Notes: generated by a model from the sequence alone, not told the origin. Shown: positions 1 through 13,629, counted from the stretch's first letter. The stretch: 32,000 nucleotides of DNA from Mycoplasmoides pneumoniae FH (GCF_001272835.1 NZ_CP010546.1:120001-152000), one strand, 5' to 3'. Translations and numbers: made by a program.

Positions 1-25
1 CAAATAAATACCAAAGGATCAATAC

Positions 26-2930
<2,905 letters not shown>

Positions 2931-2966
2931 AGCCTTTGGTAGGAAATACGCAGGATTGTCGTTTTT

Positions 2967-3075
2967 GTTTGGTGCCCATGTCGCTGTGGAAACACCTGGT
3001 TCCATTTCGAACCCAGCAGTTAAGCACAGTGGAGCCGAATGTAGCTGTTTCAGTGAGAATAGGAAAGCACCAAGC
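2967..3075 (+). rRNA. 5S ribosomal RNA
   Basis: tttggtgcccatgtcgctgtggaaacacctggttccatttcgaacccagcagttaagcac...gcaccaag; the termini pair (ttggtgc/gcaccaa). Confidence 0.95.
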
Positions 3076-3091
3076 GTCAAGAAGATAAAAG

Positions 3092-3120
3092 AGACTTAGG
3101 CCTATGCCTAGGTCTTTTTT
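3092..3120 (+). terminator. Rho-independent-type terminator after the 23S-5S unit
   Basis: agacttaggc-ctat-gcctaggtct stem with one G-U pair, followed by a T run. Confidence 0.85.
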
Positions 3121-3258
3121 ATTGTTTTGGTAAGCCAAAATAGTCCATTTTATAGCTGTTTTTACTTTGCGAAAAAAACAGAAAACTCCAAGCAATCAAT
3201 TAAAGCTTTGAGATAATTAAAGGCTTTGGTACTAGTCAAAACCAAAGCCGATTTTTTC

Positions 3259-4818
3259 ATGAACCAACAATTAAATACCACCAGGAAAAGTACAGCTGCT
3301 AGGGGCAGAATGGGACTTGTTGGTGGTATTTTACTCGTCATTGGTACCTGCATAGGGGCAGGTATTTTCTTTAAGAGTGAACGGGTGTTGCAAAACATGG
3401 GCGGAAACACCACTTTAGCCTTACTGGTGTGGTTAATGGCAGGGATTACCGTGATCTTAATGGGGTTGGCGCTGGTTGAAATTACTGCTAAAGCAGCCTT
3501 TGATGACTTGGCATTATTGTCATGAACACAAAAGTTTACCAATAACACCTTTTACAAGGCCTGTAAGCGCTTTTTAATCTGGATTTACTTGCCCACTACC
3601 TTCTTCTTTATGCCGTTGTATTTGGTGCAATCACTCCAAGATGGTTTGCGTGGTTTTGGGGTCGCCAACCACTTCAATACACCACATGATTGGGCCATTT
3701 GAATGGTCATAGTGCTGTTGATTAACCTGTGATTTTTCTTTACGAGTGGTCTTAGTGTTAAGTGAACCAGTGTGCAGAATGTCGTGCTATTATTGCTCAA
3801 AGTAATTCCCCTAATAGCAGTGGTTATTTTAGCGCTGTGATTGGGTGCAAGTGCTGAACAAATGGAACGCCAACCAGTGGTTCCAGTCAAAGATTTTACT
3901 GCCATTTTACCCTTCTTTGGTTGGTTTAGTGCTATGGGCGCGATTTTCTTTGCTTTTGATGGTTTTTACGTGTCAGCAGCAGCGAAAACGCAGTTGAAAA
4001 AACCAAAAAAATTACCGCAAGTAATGTTGTTGGGCTTAGGGATTGTGGTACTGATTTACAGCTTAATTGCACTAAGTGTGAGTTTAACCACACCTAACGG
4101 TGCCTTTTCGGGACTTGGTGATTGGTTAAAGCACAAAAAGCTTGGTTGATTCTTTGGCGTGCTCAATCTCTTAATAGCGCTTGGAGTAGCTGGGATTATT
4201 AACGGTTTTGTAATGTGAACGGGAAAGTTAACCCAAAGCTTAATTAAATCAGGAGAGTTGTGGGTACCTGATAAGTGTAAGCTCTGTTTAAATAAGCCCA
4301 AGCCAGTAGTGGGTTTAATCCATGCAGGGATTTTGATGGTGTTAACTACCGTAGCACTTTCTAGTTTAGGTGGTTTGTTGTACTTACCTAAAGTTAATGC
4401 TTCCTATGACGGCAAGGGCTTTAAATCAATGGGGTGCTTACTGGAGTTTGCTGACTTAATTGCCACTTGGACTAGTGTCGGGATCTTTTGGTTCTTGGGC
4501 TTAGTTTTACTGGGTGGTTTATTGCAAATCAAGAAACCGAAGCGGTGGTATTTTAGAACAACGGGTTGGCTAGCTGTAGTAGTGATTGGTCTCACTACTT
4601 TAGTGGTCATGGTGCAACCGTTTGTAGATTTAGGAATAGCAGTGTTTAACCGTAGTTATGAACGGATTGTGGCTAACACTATTTTGATTGCTATTCTTGT
4701 GATAATTGTTTTAGTAATGTTCTTTCCAACCGAACCAATTAAGCTAAGACTTTGACGCAAACGAATCCAAGCCATGGAAGCGTGCGGTGAGGATTGTGAC
4801 GCTTGCGTGGAGTATTAA
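3259..4818 (+). CDS. Amino acid permease (APC-type, multi-spanning); code-4 ORF, alternative upstream start at 3226
   Basis: ORF-track pieces 3226-3525, 3841-4149 and 4258-4755 are in one frame separated only by TGA; checked open by hand to TAA 4816-4818. N-terminal [24 protein letters not shown] is a typical APC TM1 motif. Confidence 0.9.
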
Positions 4819-4993
4819 CTAAAACTATAAAAAATAAAACTGGATAACCAAGCATGTAATATGAACAAGTTAAAGCGGCATAGTTAATTTGCGCTTAATT
4901 TCTTTTGGGGAGTTACACCGGGTAGAGGGCGAGTTTTGCTGGTATGCTTAGCGCGTTTTTGTAAGATTTGGCTTTCTTTCTAGTGTTGCTGAA

Positions 4994-6619
4994 ATGCAAT
5001 TTAAGTATGGTGCGCTAATTTTTAGCGGCTTTTTAGGACTTTCAATAGTTCTAGCTAGTTGTGGGGCGAGGGGTAAATTTGATCAAGTTGATGATGGTAA
5101 GATTAAGCTAGCTTCATCTTTAACTTCTAGAAGTGCGTCAGCGGCTTTACAAAAAGTTGTTGAAAAGTACAACAAGGTTAAAGGTGTAAATGATTACCCC
5201 ATTGAGATTACCCAGATTGCTGGTGGTTATGATGGCGGGCGAACTGATCTCCAAACCCGGGTTAGTGTAAAGGATAAAACCAGCTTTTACAACATGATTC
5301 TAAACTACCCTGATTTAGTGTCGGTGTTAGCCCGTAACGGGATGGAATTACCGTTTGATGGAGTCAATGTTGACAAGTTATCTCCCAACTTCTTAAAGTT
5401 CAATGAACGCATTAGTGGCGTAGCGAAAAAAGCTAACTATGCCATTCCCATTTCGATGTCAACCGATATCTTAATCCTGAATGCACCGGTGTTGCACTAT
5501 ATTTTGAACAGTGTTAAGAAGAATGATGGCAACACTAAAGTTCAAGTTAAAGCTCAGTCAAAAGATTCACAAACAAAAGTTAAAGGTACTATGGAAATTG
5601 GCACTGATGAAAGTACTAAAAACTTATGAAGTGATATTCAAAAGAAAGCTGGCGAAAATGGCAAAGCTACTACTGAAGGCACGAAGAAGGCAGCAGCAAA
5701 GTCTACTCATTTAACTCTGTTAACTAAGTCGGAACAAAGTACTCAAGGTAATAATGGAGCATCTGAAAGTGATAAAAAAATTGAAGAAACTTGGGGTACT
5801 TACAGTGAAGTTGATGGTGGTCTAAAGAATTACACCTTTAAAGCCGATGTGTTTGATACTTGACATGGGTTGATCGATTTTTCAACGCGCGTAGCAAAAT
5901 CATTTAAAAACAAAGTTAGTGATATTTCCACTAAAAAGGGCACTGACATTCAGGGCGTTTTAGGTCTAGACAGTACACCAAATGCTTTGTTTACCTCAGT
6001 TTTTGCTGCAGGTGATAGTAACTTTGATAACTTCTTTTATAAGGTTAAAGATGGTCGCGCTGACTTTAGTAACTTTAACGAAAACGGTACCTCTTACAAA
6101 AATCTGGAAAAGGTTTTTAATGACTATAAAAAACTCACAGACAGCAACGGTTTGTTTGTCAATAAAGGGGGTTCTTACACCTCTAACTTCCAGAAGTTTC
6201 ACCAGTTAGCCTACAGCATTTCCTCCTCTTCTGGTTATGCTTATGCGTTTGCTGGTGAAAATTCAAAACGTTTAAAGTTCAACGACGATACTTTCATTGA
6301 GTACCCTAGTTTTACCCAGGAAATTCATGCGCCTGGTCAAAGTAGTCAAAAAGAAGGTGGACAGCAACAAAGCAACAGTAAAGATAACGGCAATCTTTTA
6401 GGCACTTTTACTATTGAAGCAGCGAAAAGTAAAACAAAAACAGAAGTTAAAAAAACTGAAGACACACAAAATCAAGGCAAGAAGGCTGAAGGCACACCTA
6501 ACCAAGGTAAAAAAGCCGAAGGGACCGAAAACCAAGGTAAGACTATTTTCCTTTATAAAACATCAATTCCTAATGATAAGCAAGATGGTGTTGACGCTGT
6601 ATTAATTAAAGACAAGTAG
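4994..6619 (+). CDS. Large lipoprotein, N-terminal part (premature TAG)
   Basis: ATG followed by signal peptide and lipobox (LSIVLASCG); frame open across TGA 5627-5629 and 5867-5869 to TAG 6617-6619; M. pneumoniae/M. genitalium lipoprotein-like composition. Confidence 0.85.
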
Positions 6620-7360
6620 TTAATTCAAAAACTAGAGCAAGCTAAAAATAATAACGGAGCCGAGAAAAAGGATAAGTCTGAAACTAAAACCAATGAAAAC
6701 AAAGGCACAGTCATCGGTTACACCACTACGAGTTTCCTGAATGCTGACAAAAAGCATGTCTTTGAAATTAGCAAGCTTAATGATGAAAAATACGACCGCA
6801 AGATTATCGTTGGTGCTACTGAGGAACAATTAGATCAATCAAGTACGTTACAAAGTGCGGAAGCAATTATCCTGCCAGCACCTGGTAAATACAGTGCCGA
6901 AAACCAGCATAAGGTAATGATGACTCAAGGTCCTAATCTAATTGGTATCCATACTAATACCAAGGAAAATGAAGAAACGCAAAAGTTTGTTAACTGGTTC
7001 TTAAATACCAGTCTAACTTGAGATAACAACGAAAGCAAAACACCAGCGCAGTACTTTACCGAGTCTGCTTCTTACATCCTGCCTTTAAAAGAAACTTTTA
7101 CCGGCTCTAACAACAAAGGTCAAAGCGGCAAGAATGACGGTAAGAATTCCAATAACACCTTTAAAGCCAAAGCACTAGAGCTCTTTAAGGAACAGAGCGA
7201 AAACAAAATAGTGGGTTACAGTGATCCAAGCGATTTCAGGGGTGGTAAATTCCGCGAATCAATTGGTTCTGCCTTTAACGCCACGGTCAATTCACACGTT
7301 GACTTTAATACTTTCGTTGCTAACTTCCGTGCTAACTTAGGTTCTGGTTACGATAAATAG
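6620..7360 (+). pseudogene. Lipoprotein C-terminal continuation, same frame downstream of the TAG
   Basis: 246 open codons directly after TAG 6617-6619 in the same frame ([23 protein letters not shown]...FRANLGSGYDK*), ending TAG 7358-7360; no ATG until about 6917. May be annotated as a separate lipoprotein CDS. Confidence 0.75.
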
Positions 7361-7364
7361 TTAA

Positions 7365-7757
7365 TCCCACTTCTCCCCCACGCTTTCCCGTTTCTCCACC
7401 GGGTTCAACCTCGCGGGGGCACTCCTCGACCAGGTGTTGGATTATATTCCCTGGATTGGGAATGGGCACAGGTATGGGAATGATCACCGGGGTGTGGATG
7501 ATATAACCGCGCCTAAAACCGGCGCGGGGTCGTCCAGCGGAACTAGTACGAACACAAGTGGTTCGCGTTCCTTTCTCCCGACGTTTTCGAATGTCGGCGT
7601 CGGTCTCAAAGCGAATGTCCAAGCCACCCTCGGGGGCAGTCAGACGACGACTACGGGGAAAGATATTCCCAAATGACCCACCCTCGACCAAGCCAACCTC
7701 CAGCTCTGAACGGGGGCGGGGTGAAGGAATGATAAGGCTACTGGGAATAACACCTAA
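7365..7757 (+). pseudogene. P1-like fragment ending in an in-frame TAA
   Basis: Frame 0 from 7365 (no ATG) to TAA 7755-7757; P1-like sequence continues in the same frame after the stop ([13 protein letters not shown]...[23 protein letters not shown]) up to a C8 tract at 7952-7959. Confidence 0.7.
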
Positions 7758-9063
7758 GGCAACGAAAACCACACCAAGTTCGCGAGTGCTACGGGCACGG
7801 GCCAGCAGCAGGGTGGTTCTTCAGGTACAACTAATTCCGCGGGGAATCCCGACTCGTTAAAGCAGGATAAGATTAGTAAGAGTGGGGATAGTTTAACCAC
7901 GCAGGACGGCAATGCGACCGGTCAACAAGAGGCCACCAACTACACCAACCTCCCCCCCCAACCTCACCCCCACCGCTGATTGACCGAACGCGCTGTCATT
8001 CACCAACAAGAACAACGCGCAGCGCGCCCAGCTGTTCCTGCGCGGCTTGTTGGGCAGCATCCCGGTGTTGGTGAATCGAAGTGGGTCCGATTCCAACAAA
8101 TTCCAAGCCACCGACCAAAAATGGTCCTACACCGACTTACAGTCGGACCAAACCAAACTGAACCTCTCCGCTTACGGTGAGGTGAATGGGTTGTTGAATC
8201 CGGCTTTGGTAGAAACCTATTTTGGGACGACGCGTACGTCTAGCACTGCGAACCAAAACAGTACAACCGTCCCCGGTATCGGTTTTAAAATTCCCGAACA
8301 AAATAATGATTCCAAAGCCACCCTGATCACCCCCGGGTTGGCTTGAACGCCCCAGGACGTCGGTAACCTCGTTGTCAGTGGCACCACGGTGAGCTTCCAG
8401 CTCGGCGGGTGGCTGGTCACCTTCACGGACTTTGTCAAACCCCGCGCGGGTTACCTCGGGCTCCAGTTAAGTGGCCTGGATGCCAGTGACAGCGACCAAA
8501 GGGAGTTAATTTGGGCCCCCCGGCCCTGAGCGGCCTTTCGTGGCAGTTGGGTCAACCGGTTGGGCCGCGTGGAGAGTGTGTGGGATTTGAAGGGGGTGTG
8601 GGCGGATCAAGCTCAGTTGGCCGCGCAAGCAGCTACAAGTAGTGCCACCACCGCAACAGGGGCTACCTTACCGGAACACCCGAATGCTTTGGCGTACCAA
8701 ATTAGCTATACCGACAAGGATTCGTACAAGGCTTCCACTCAAGGTTCGGGTCAAACCAATTCCCAAAACAATTCGCTCTACCTCCATTTGATTAAACCTA
8801 AGAAAGTCGAAAGCACGACCCAACTCGACCAGGGCTTAAAAAACCTGTTGGACCCCAACCAGGTTCGCACCAAGCTGCGCCAAAGCTTCGGTACAGACCA
8901 TTCCACCCAGCCCCAGCCCCAATCGCTCAAAACAACGACACCGGTGTTTGGAGCCATGAGTGGTAACCTCGGCAGTGTGCTTAGTGGTGGGGGTGCTGGA
9001 GGAGCAGGCAGCACCAATTCGGTGGACCTCTCCCCCGTTGAACGGGTGAGTGGGTCACTAACC
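7365..9063 (+). repeat. RepMP2/3-type element: partial copy of the P1 adhesin central/C-terminal region
   Basis: Translations [50 protein letters not shown]..., [50 protein letters not shown]..., [35 protein letters not shown]... closely match P1 (recalled). Confidence 0.88.
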
Positions 9064-9087
9064 ATTAATAGGAATTTTTCTTATTAA
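7912..9087 (+). CDS. P1-like (RepMP2/3) ORF; start uncertain
   Basis: Code-4 ORF, frame 1, from ATG 7912 through TGA 7981, TGA 8344 and others to TAA 9085-9087; joins ORF-track pieces 8047-8346 and 8560-9087. P1-like from about 7960 onward. Confidence 0.7.
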
Positions 9088-9153
9088 TAGGAACTTTTCT
9101 TTCAAAAAAGTTTTGAAGTTATTTTGGTGTCTTTACTAACTTAAAGCAATTTA

Positions 9154-9426
9154 GTGAACGAATACCCAAAAAGTATGAAATTAGTTAAATTAACGAGGCT
9201 TCACCGCTTTTTAAAACAAGTTCAATTGCAACTTGTTCCTTTGTTTAGCCAAAACTTTTTGCAAGTTTTATTGGCGCTTCTCAATAAACCGGTCAATTTA
9301 TTTAGTGAAAACACAACAATGAAAACAAATAAAAAATACGCCTTTGCAGCGTTGCTAATGCAAGCTCAAGCTAAGCTCCCAAATTCATTTAAATTCTTTC
9401 TTTCAAAGAAAGGAGGTATGGCTTAA
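9154..9426 (+). CDS. Small hypothetical ORF immediately upstream of, and overlapping, the DUF16 gene
   Basis: ORF track; its TAA overlaps the next ATG (taATG). Coding status uncertain. Confidence 0.3.
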   Translation: MNEYPKSMKLVKLTRLHRFLKQVQLQLVPLFSQNFLQVLLALLNKPVNLFSENTTMKTNKKYAFAALLMQAQAKLPNSFKFFLSKKGGMA

Positions 9427-9977
9427 TGAAAGAGAAAATTCCGTTTTATAACGAAAAAGAATTCCATGACATGGTAAAAAAGACCAAAAAGGGCACTTTT
9501 TCGGGATGATACATCATTGACAAAGATAACAAAAGTGTGGAATTCTCTGGCAGTTTTAACAGACAATTTAAACTTAACAAACCGGTTATACCAGTGAACA
9601 CGGAATACGTAACGCGTAAAGAATTTAACGAATATAAAGTTTCAAACGACCAACGGCTTACAAAGATTGAAACCACTTTGGCCGCCCAAGGTGAACAAAT
9701 CAACAAATTGACTCAAACTGTTGAAAAACAAGGCGAGCAAATCAATCAATTAGTTCAAGTTGTGCTTCTTCACGGTGAACAAATCAACAAATTGACTCAA
9801 ACTGTTGAAAAACAGGGCGAGCAAATTAAAGAACTTCAAGTGGAGCAAAAAGCTCAGGTTGAGCAAATTAAAGCTCAAGGAAAACAAATAAAAGCTCAAG
9901 GAAAAACGCTTAAGTCGATCCTACAAGCACTTGGAGGAATAAATAAACGCTTGGACAAAATTGATCCACCTAAATAG
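9426..9977 (+). CDS. DUF16-family coiled-coil protein
   Basis: Code-4 [45 protein letters not shown]...[19 protein letters not shown]...[18 protein letters not shown]...; aaaggaggt Shine-Dalgarno at about 9409-9417. Confidence 0.85.
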
Positions 9978-10000
9978 TTTTTAGGCTAATAACAAAAGTG

Positions 10001-10040
10001 CCAGCAATTAATTTTATAAAGCTTATTTGCTGGTATTTTT
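10001..10040 (+). terminator. Terminator-like hairpin after the DUF16 ORF
   Basis: ccagcaa ... ttgctgg (10001-10007 / 10027-10033) followed by tattttt. Confidence 0.6.
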
Positions 10041-10059
10041 ATTCACAACCAATAAACAA

Positions 10060-10330
10060 ATAAAAAGCCATCCACCGCGAGGTGAACGGTAGACGGCTAA
10101 AAATTTTTAATGATTTTGAAAACTAACGAAAAGTGTTAGTTTGAGTTGTAAAGCAGTTATGAATGTTTGTTCCTTTAAAAATTTGTTTGTTGTTTAGCTA
10201 AATATGTGCTGAAAGCCATTGCGTTAACATAAATAAATTAAGACATAAAAAATAAACACATTAATCAAATAAGTGTGGGAACAGAAAATCAGGCTTTCAA
10301 CACAAAATTTTCGTTTTTCTGCTCCCACTA
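10060..10330 (+). repeat. Small dispersed repeat, copy A (diverged)
   Basis: Shares aaaaagccatccacc..aggtgaa..gtagac, the aaactaac-N7-gttagttt hairpin (10121-10143) and ctgctcccactaaataaattga with copies B and C. Confidence 0.7.
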
Positions 10331-10412
10331 AATAAATTGAGTTGGTTTTTAAAAACCGCCAAAAAATTTTTAATTTAGTTTTTGCTACTTTCCCCTCCCC
10401 CTCACGGGTGAA

Positions 10413-11705
10413 AACCCCGGCGCTTGGGCCTTAGTGCGCGACAACAGCGCCAAGGGCATCACTGCCGGTAGTGAAAGTCAACAAACCACGTATGATCCCA
10501 CTCGAACCGAAGCGGCTTTGACCGCATCAACCACCTTTGCGTTACGCCGGTATGACCTCGCCGGGCGCGCCTTATACGACCTCGACTTTAGTAGGTTAAA
10601 CCCACAGACACCAACGCGCGACCAAACCGGGCAGATCACCTTTAACCCCTTTGGCGGCTTTGGTTTGAGTGGGGCTGCACCCCAACAGTGAAACGAGGTC
10701 AAAAACAAGGTCCCCGTCGAGGTGGCCCAAGACCCCTCCAATCCTTATCGGTTTGCCGTTTTACTCGTGCCGCGTAGCGTGGTGTACTATGAGCAGTTGC
10801 AGCGGGGGTTAGCGCTCCCTAACCAAGGGAGTTCGTCAGGCTCCGGTCAACAAAACACCACCATTGGCGCGTATGGGCTGAAGGTGAAGAACGCCGAGGC
10901 GGACACCGCGAAGAGCAATGAAAAACTCCAGGGCGATGAATCCAAGTCTTCCAATGGATCTTCAAGCACTTCCACCACCACCCAACGTGGGGGTTCGTCA
11001 GGGGACACCAAAGTCAAGGCGTTGCAGGTGGCGGTGAAAAAGAAATCCGGGAGTCAGGGCAACTCCGGTGAACAAGGCACCGAACAGGTGGAACTTGAAT
11101 CTAATGATCTCGCCAACGTTCCCATTAAGCGGGGCGAGGAGTCGGGTCAGTCCGTCCAACTCAAGGCAGCCGACTTCGGCACCACCCCATCCAGTTCGGG
11201 ATCAGGCGGCAACTCCAACCCCGGTTCCCCCACCCCCTGAAGGCCGTGGCTTGCGACCGAGCAAATTCACAAGGACCTCCCCAAATGATCCGCCTCGATC
11301 CTGATTCTGTACGATGCGCCTTATGCGCGCAATCGTACCGCCATTGATCGCGTTGATCACTTGGATCCCAAGGTGATGACCGCGAACTATCCGCCCAGTT
11401 GAAGAACGCCCAAGTGAAACCACCACGGGTTGTGGGACTGAAAGGCCAGAGATGTTTTGCTCCAAACCACCGGGTTCTTCAACCCGCGGCGCCACCCCGA
11501 GTGGTTTGACCAGGGCCAAGCGGTCGCGGATAATACCCAAACCGGGTTTGATACAGATGACACCGATAATAAAAAACAAGGCTTTCAAAAGGAAGCTGAC
11601 TCCGACAAGCCGGCCCCGATCGCCCTCCCGTTTGAAGCGTACTTCGCCAACATTGGCAACCTCACCTGGTTCGGGCAAGCGCTTTTGGTGTTTGGGATTT
11701 GTTTG
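10413..11705 (+). repeat. RepMP4-type element: copy of the P1 adhesin N-terminal region
   Basis: [60 protein letters not shown]...[18 protein letters not shown]...[25 protein letters not shown]. Confidence 0.88.
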
Positions 11706-11711
11706 TCTTAA
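10434..11711 (+). CDS. P1-like (RepMP4) ORF; start uncertain (GTG 10434 or an upstream non-ATG)
   Basis: Frame 0 open in code 4; joins ORF-track pieces 10434-10691, 10722-11240 and 11457-11711; TAA at 11709-11711. Confidence 0.7.
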
Positions 11712-11742
11712 TTAACTAACAAATTAATAAATAGGTCTATGG

Positions 11743-13540
11743 ATTAATTACCTCACCCCCTACACGCCCTTTACGACACCGCTCAATGGGGGGCTGGATG
11801 TCGTGCGGGCCGCCCATTTACACCCCTCATACGAACTCGTGGACTGAAAGCGGGTGGGACAGAACAAGTTGGTGGCGCTGGTCCGCTCAGCGTTGGTCAG
11901 GGTGAGGCTTAATGATGGGACGAGTTCGGATTCCAATACCACCACTGATGGGGCGCTTACGTTTGACACGAATGAAAGTCAAAAAGCTTTAGGCTCCACG
12001 GACACGCAGGGTTCCGGGTCTAACTCCCAAGACTTCGCCAGCTACATCCTCATCTTTAAAGCCGCGCCCAGGGCCACGTGGGTGTTTGAACGGAAGATTA
12101 AGTTGGCGTTGCCCTACGTTAAAAACGAATCGGGAGCAGGGGACTCCACCACAACTAACAGTGGCTCCCTCTACAAAACCCTCCAAGACCTCCTCGTCGA
12201 ACAACCCGTGACCCCTTACACGCCCAATGCGGGGTTAGCCCGGGTGAATGGGGTTGCTCAGGACAAGGTGCATGGGTTGGAGTCTGGGTGAGACAACCAA
12301 CGTTCCCAAAAAAACCTCACCAACAACCCCGGACCCAAAGCCGTCACCGGCTTTAAGCTCGATAAGGGCCGCGCGTACCGGAAGCTAAATGAAGCTTGAC
12401 CGGTGTATGAACCCCTGGATTCGACCAAGGAGGGGAAGGGGAAGGATGAGAGCTCTTGGAAAAATTCGGAAAAAACAACGGCGGAAAATGATGCCCCGTT
12501 GGTGGGATCAACCGGGAGTCAAATGGCTTCTAGTACCAGTTTGGGCAATGTTGGGGACACCACTGCCCTAACTCCACTTTTAAGAGGTGCTACTACTACT
12601 ACTACCGTCCAGCTAAAACAAACAGATTCTAACAGTCAAGATCAACAAAAATTCCAAAAATATTTAAACACCGCCCAGGCCCTGCACCAGATGGGGGTGA
12701 TAGTGCCAGAACTTAGCCAAGGCGGTTGGCAAAGCCAAACAGCGCGGCACAGTTCCACCCGGGGACTACAGTCAGCCGGGGCCAATCGTGGCGCTAGTTT
12801 AGCGGCACGCACCACCACAACTGTGGGGGTGGGTAGAAGAGATTCCACTTCCACCACCTTGGAACTACCAAACGTCATCACCCAGCTTTATCATACCTCC
12901 ACGTCCCAACTCGCTTACTTAAATGGCCAGATCGTTGTGATGGGTTCAAACGCGGTACCGAGTTTGTGGTATTGGGTCGTGGATGAGCGAACCACGTCCG
13001 GGAGGGCGACTTGATGAGCGAAGACACATTTGAACTTCGGCACTGAAGTTCAAAAAAACTTCGTCGAAAACCAGTTGGGGTTTAAATCCGAAGACAACTC
13101 CAACACCTCCTTGACGAACTTCAAGAGTCAAGGCTTAACTCAGCCAGCTTACTTAATCAGTGGCCTTGACGTTGTGGCCGACCACCTCGTCTTTGCGGCC
13201 TTTAAAGCGGGCGCGGTGGGGTATGATATGACGACTGATTCGAACGCTTCGACCTACAACCAAGCGCTCACCTGGTCGACCACGGCCGGGTTGGACAGTG
13301 ATGGGGGGTACAACAACCTGGTGACGAATACTGCGGGGTTAAACGGTCCGATTAACGGCTTGTTTACCCTGTTAGACACCTTTGCCTATGTGACCCCGGT
13401 GAGTGGGATGAAAGGGGGGAGTAAGAATAACGAAGAAGTGCAAACGACCTACCCGGTCAAGTCCGACCAAAAGGCCACCGCCAAAATTGCGTCCTTAATT
13501 AATGCTTCGCCCTTAAACAGTTATGGGGATAATGGCGATA
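11743..13540 (+). repeat. RepMP5-type element: copy of part of the P40/P90 (cytadherence ORF6) gene
   Basis: YTPFTTPLNGGLDVVRAAHLHPSYELVDWKR..., NNPGPKAVTGFKLDKGRAYRKLNEAWPVYEPLDSTKEGKGKDESSWKN..., LPNVITQLYHTSTSQLAYLNGQIVVMG..., GLNGPINGLFTLLDTFAYVTPVSGMKGG. Confidence 0.85.
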
Positions 13541-13629
13541 AAAAAGCCATCCACCTAAGGTGAAAGGCAGACAGCTCCAAAATATTTTTGACTATTGGAA
13601 AACTAACAAAAGCTGTTAGTTTGATGTAG
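11854..13629 (+). CDS. P40/P90-like (RepMP5) ORF; frame is open upstream to 11731, start uncertain
   Basis: Frame 1 in code 4 joins ORF-track pieces 11854-12291, 12403-13014 and 13030-13563, reads through TGA 13561 into the adjacent small repeat and stops at TAG 13627-13629. Confidence 0.7.

Noticed and set aside
7332-7772. 146-aa minus-strand ORF
   Set aside because: Antisense of GC-rich P1-like sequence; the plus-strand frame matches P1, so this is a compositional shadow ORF. The same applies to 8778-9065, 11202-11678, 11989-12204 and 12642-12881 (-).
7980-8180. Plus-strand [20 protein letters not shown]...
   Set aside because: It is the out-of-frame read of P1-like sequence after the C8 tract, not an independent gene.
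9640-9980. Possible CRISPR-like array from repeated gaacaaatcaacaaattgactc units
   Set aside because: Only two to three units, in frame and encoding coiled-coil heptads, with no unique spacers; it is an internal protein repeat.
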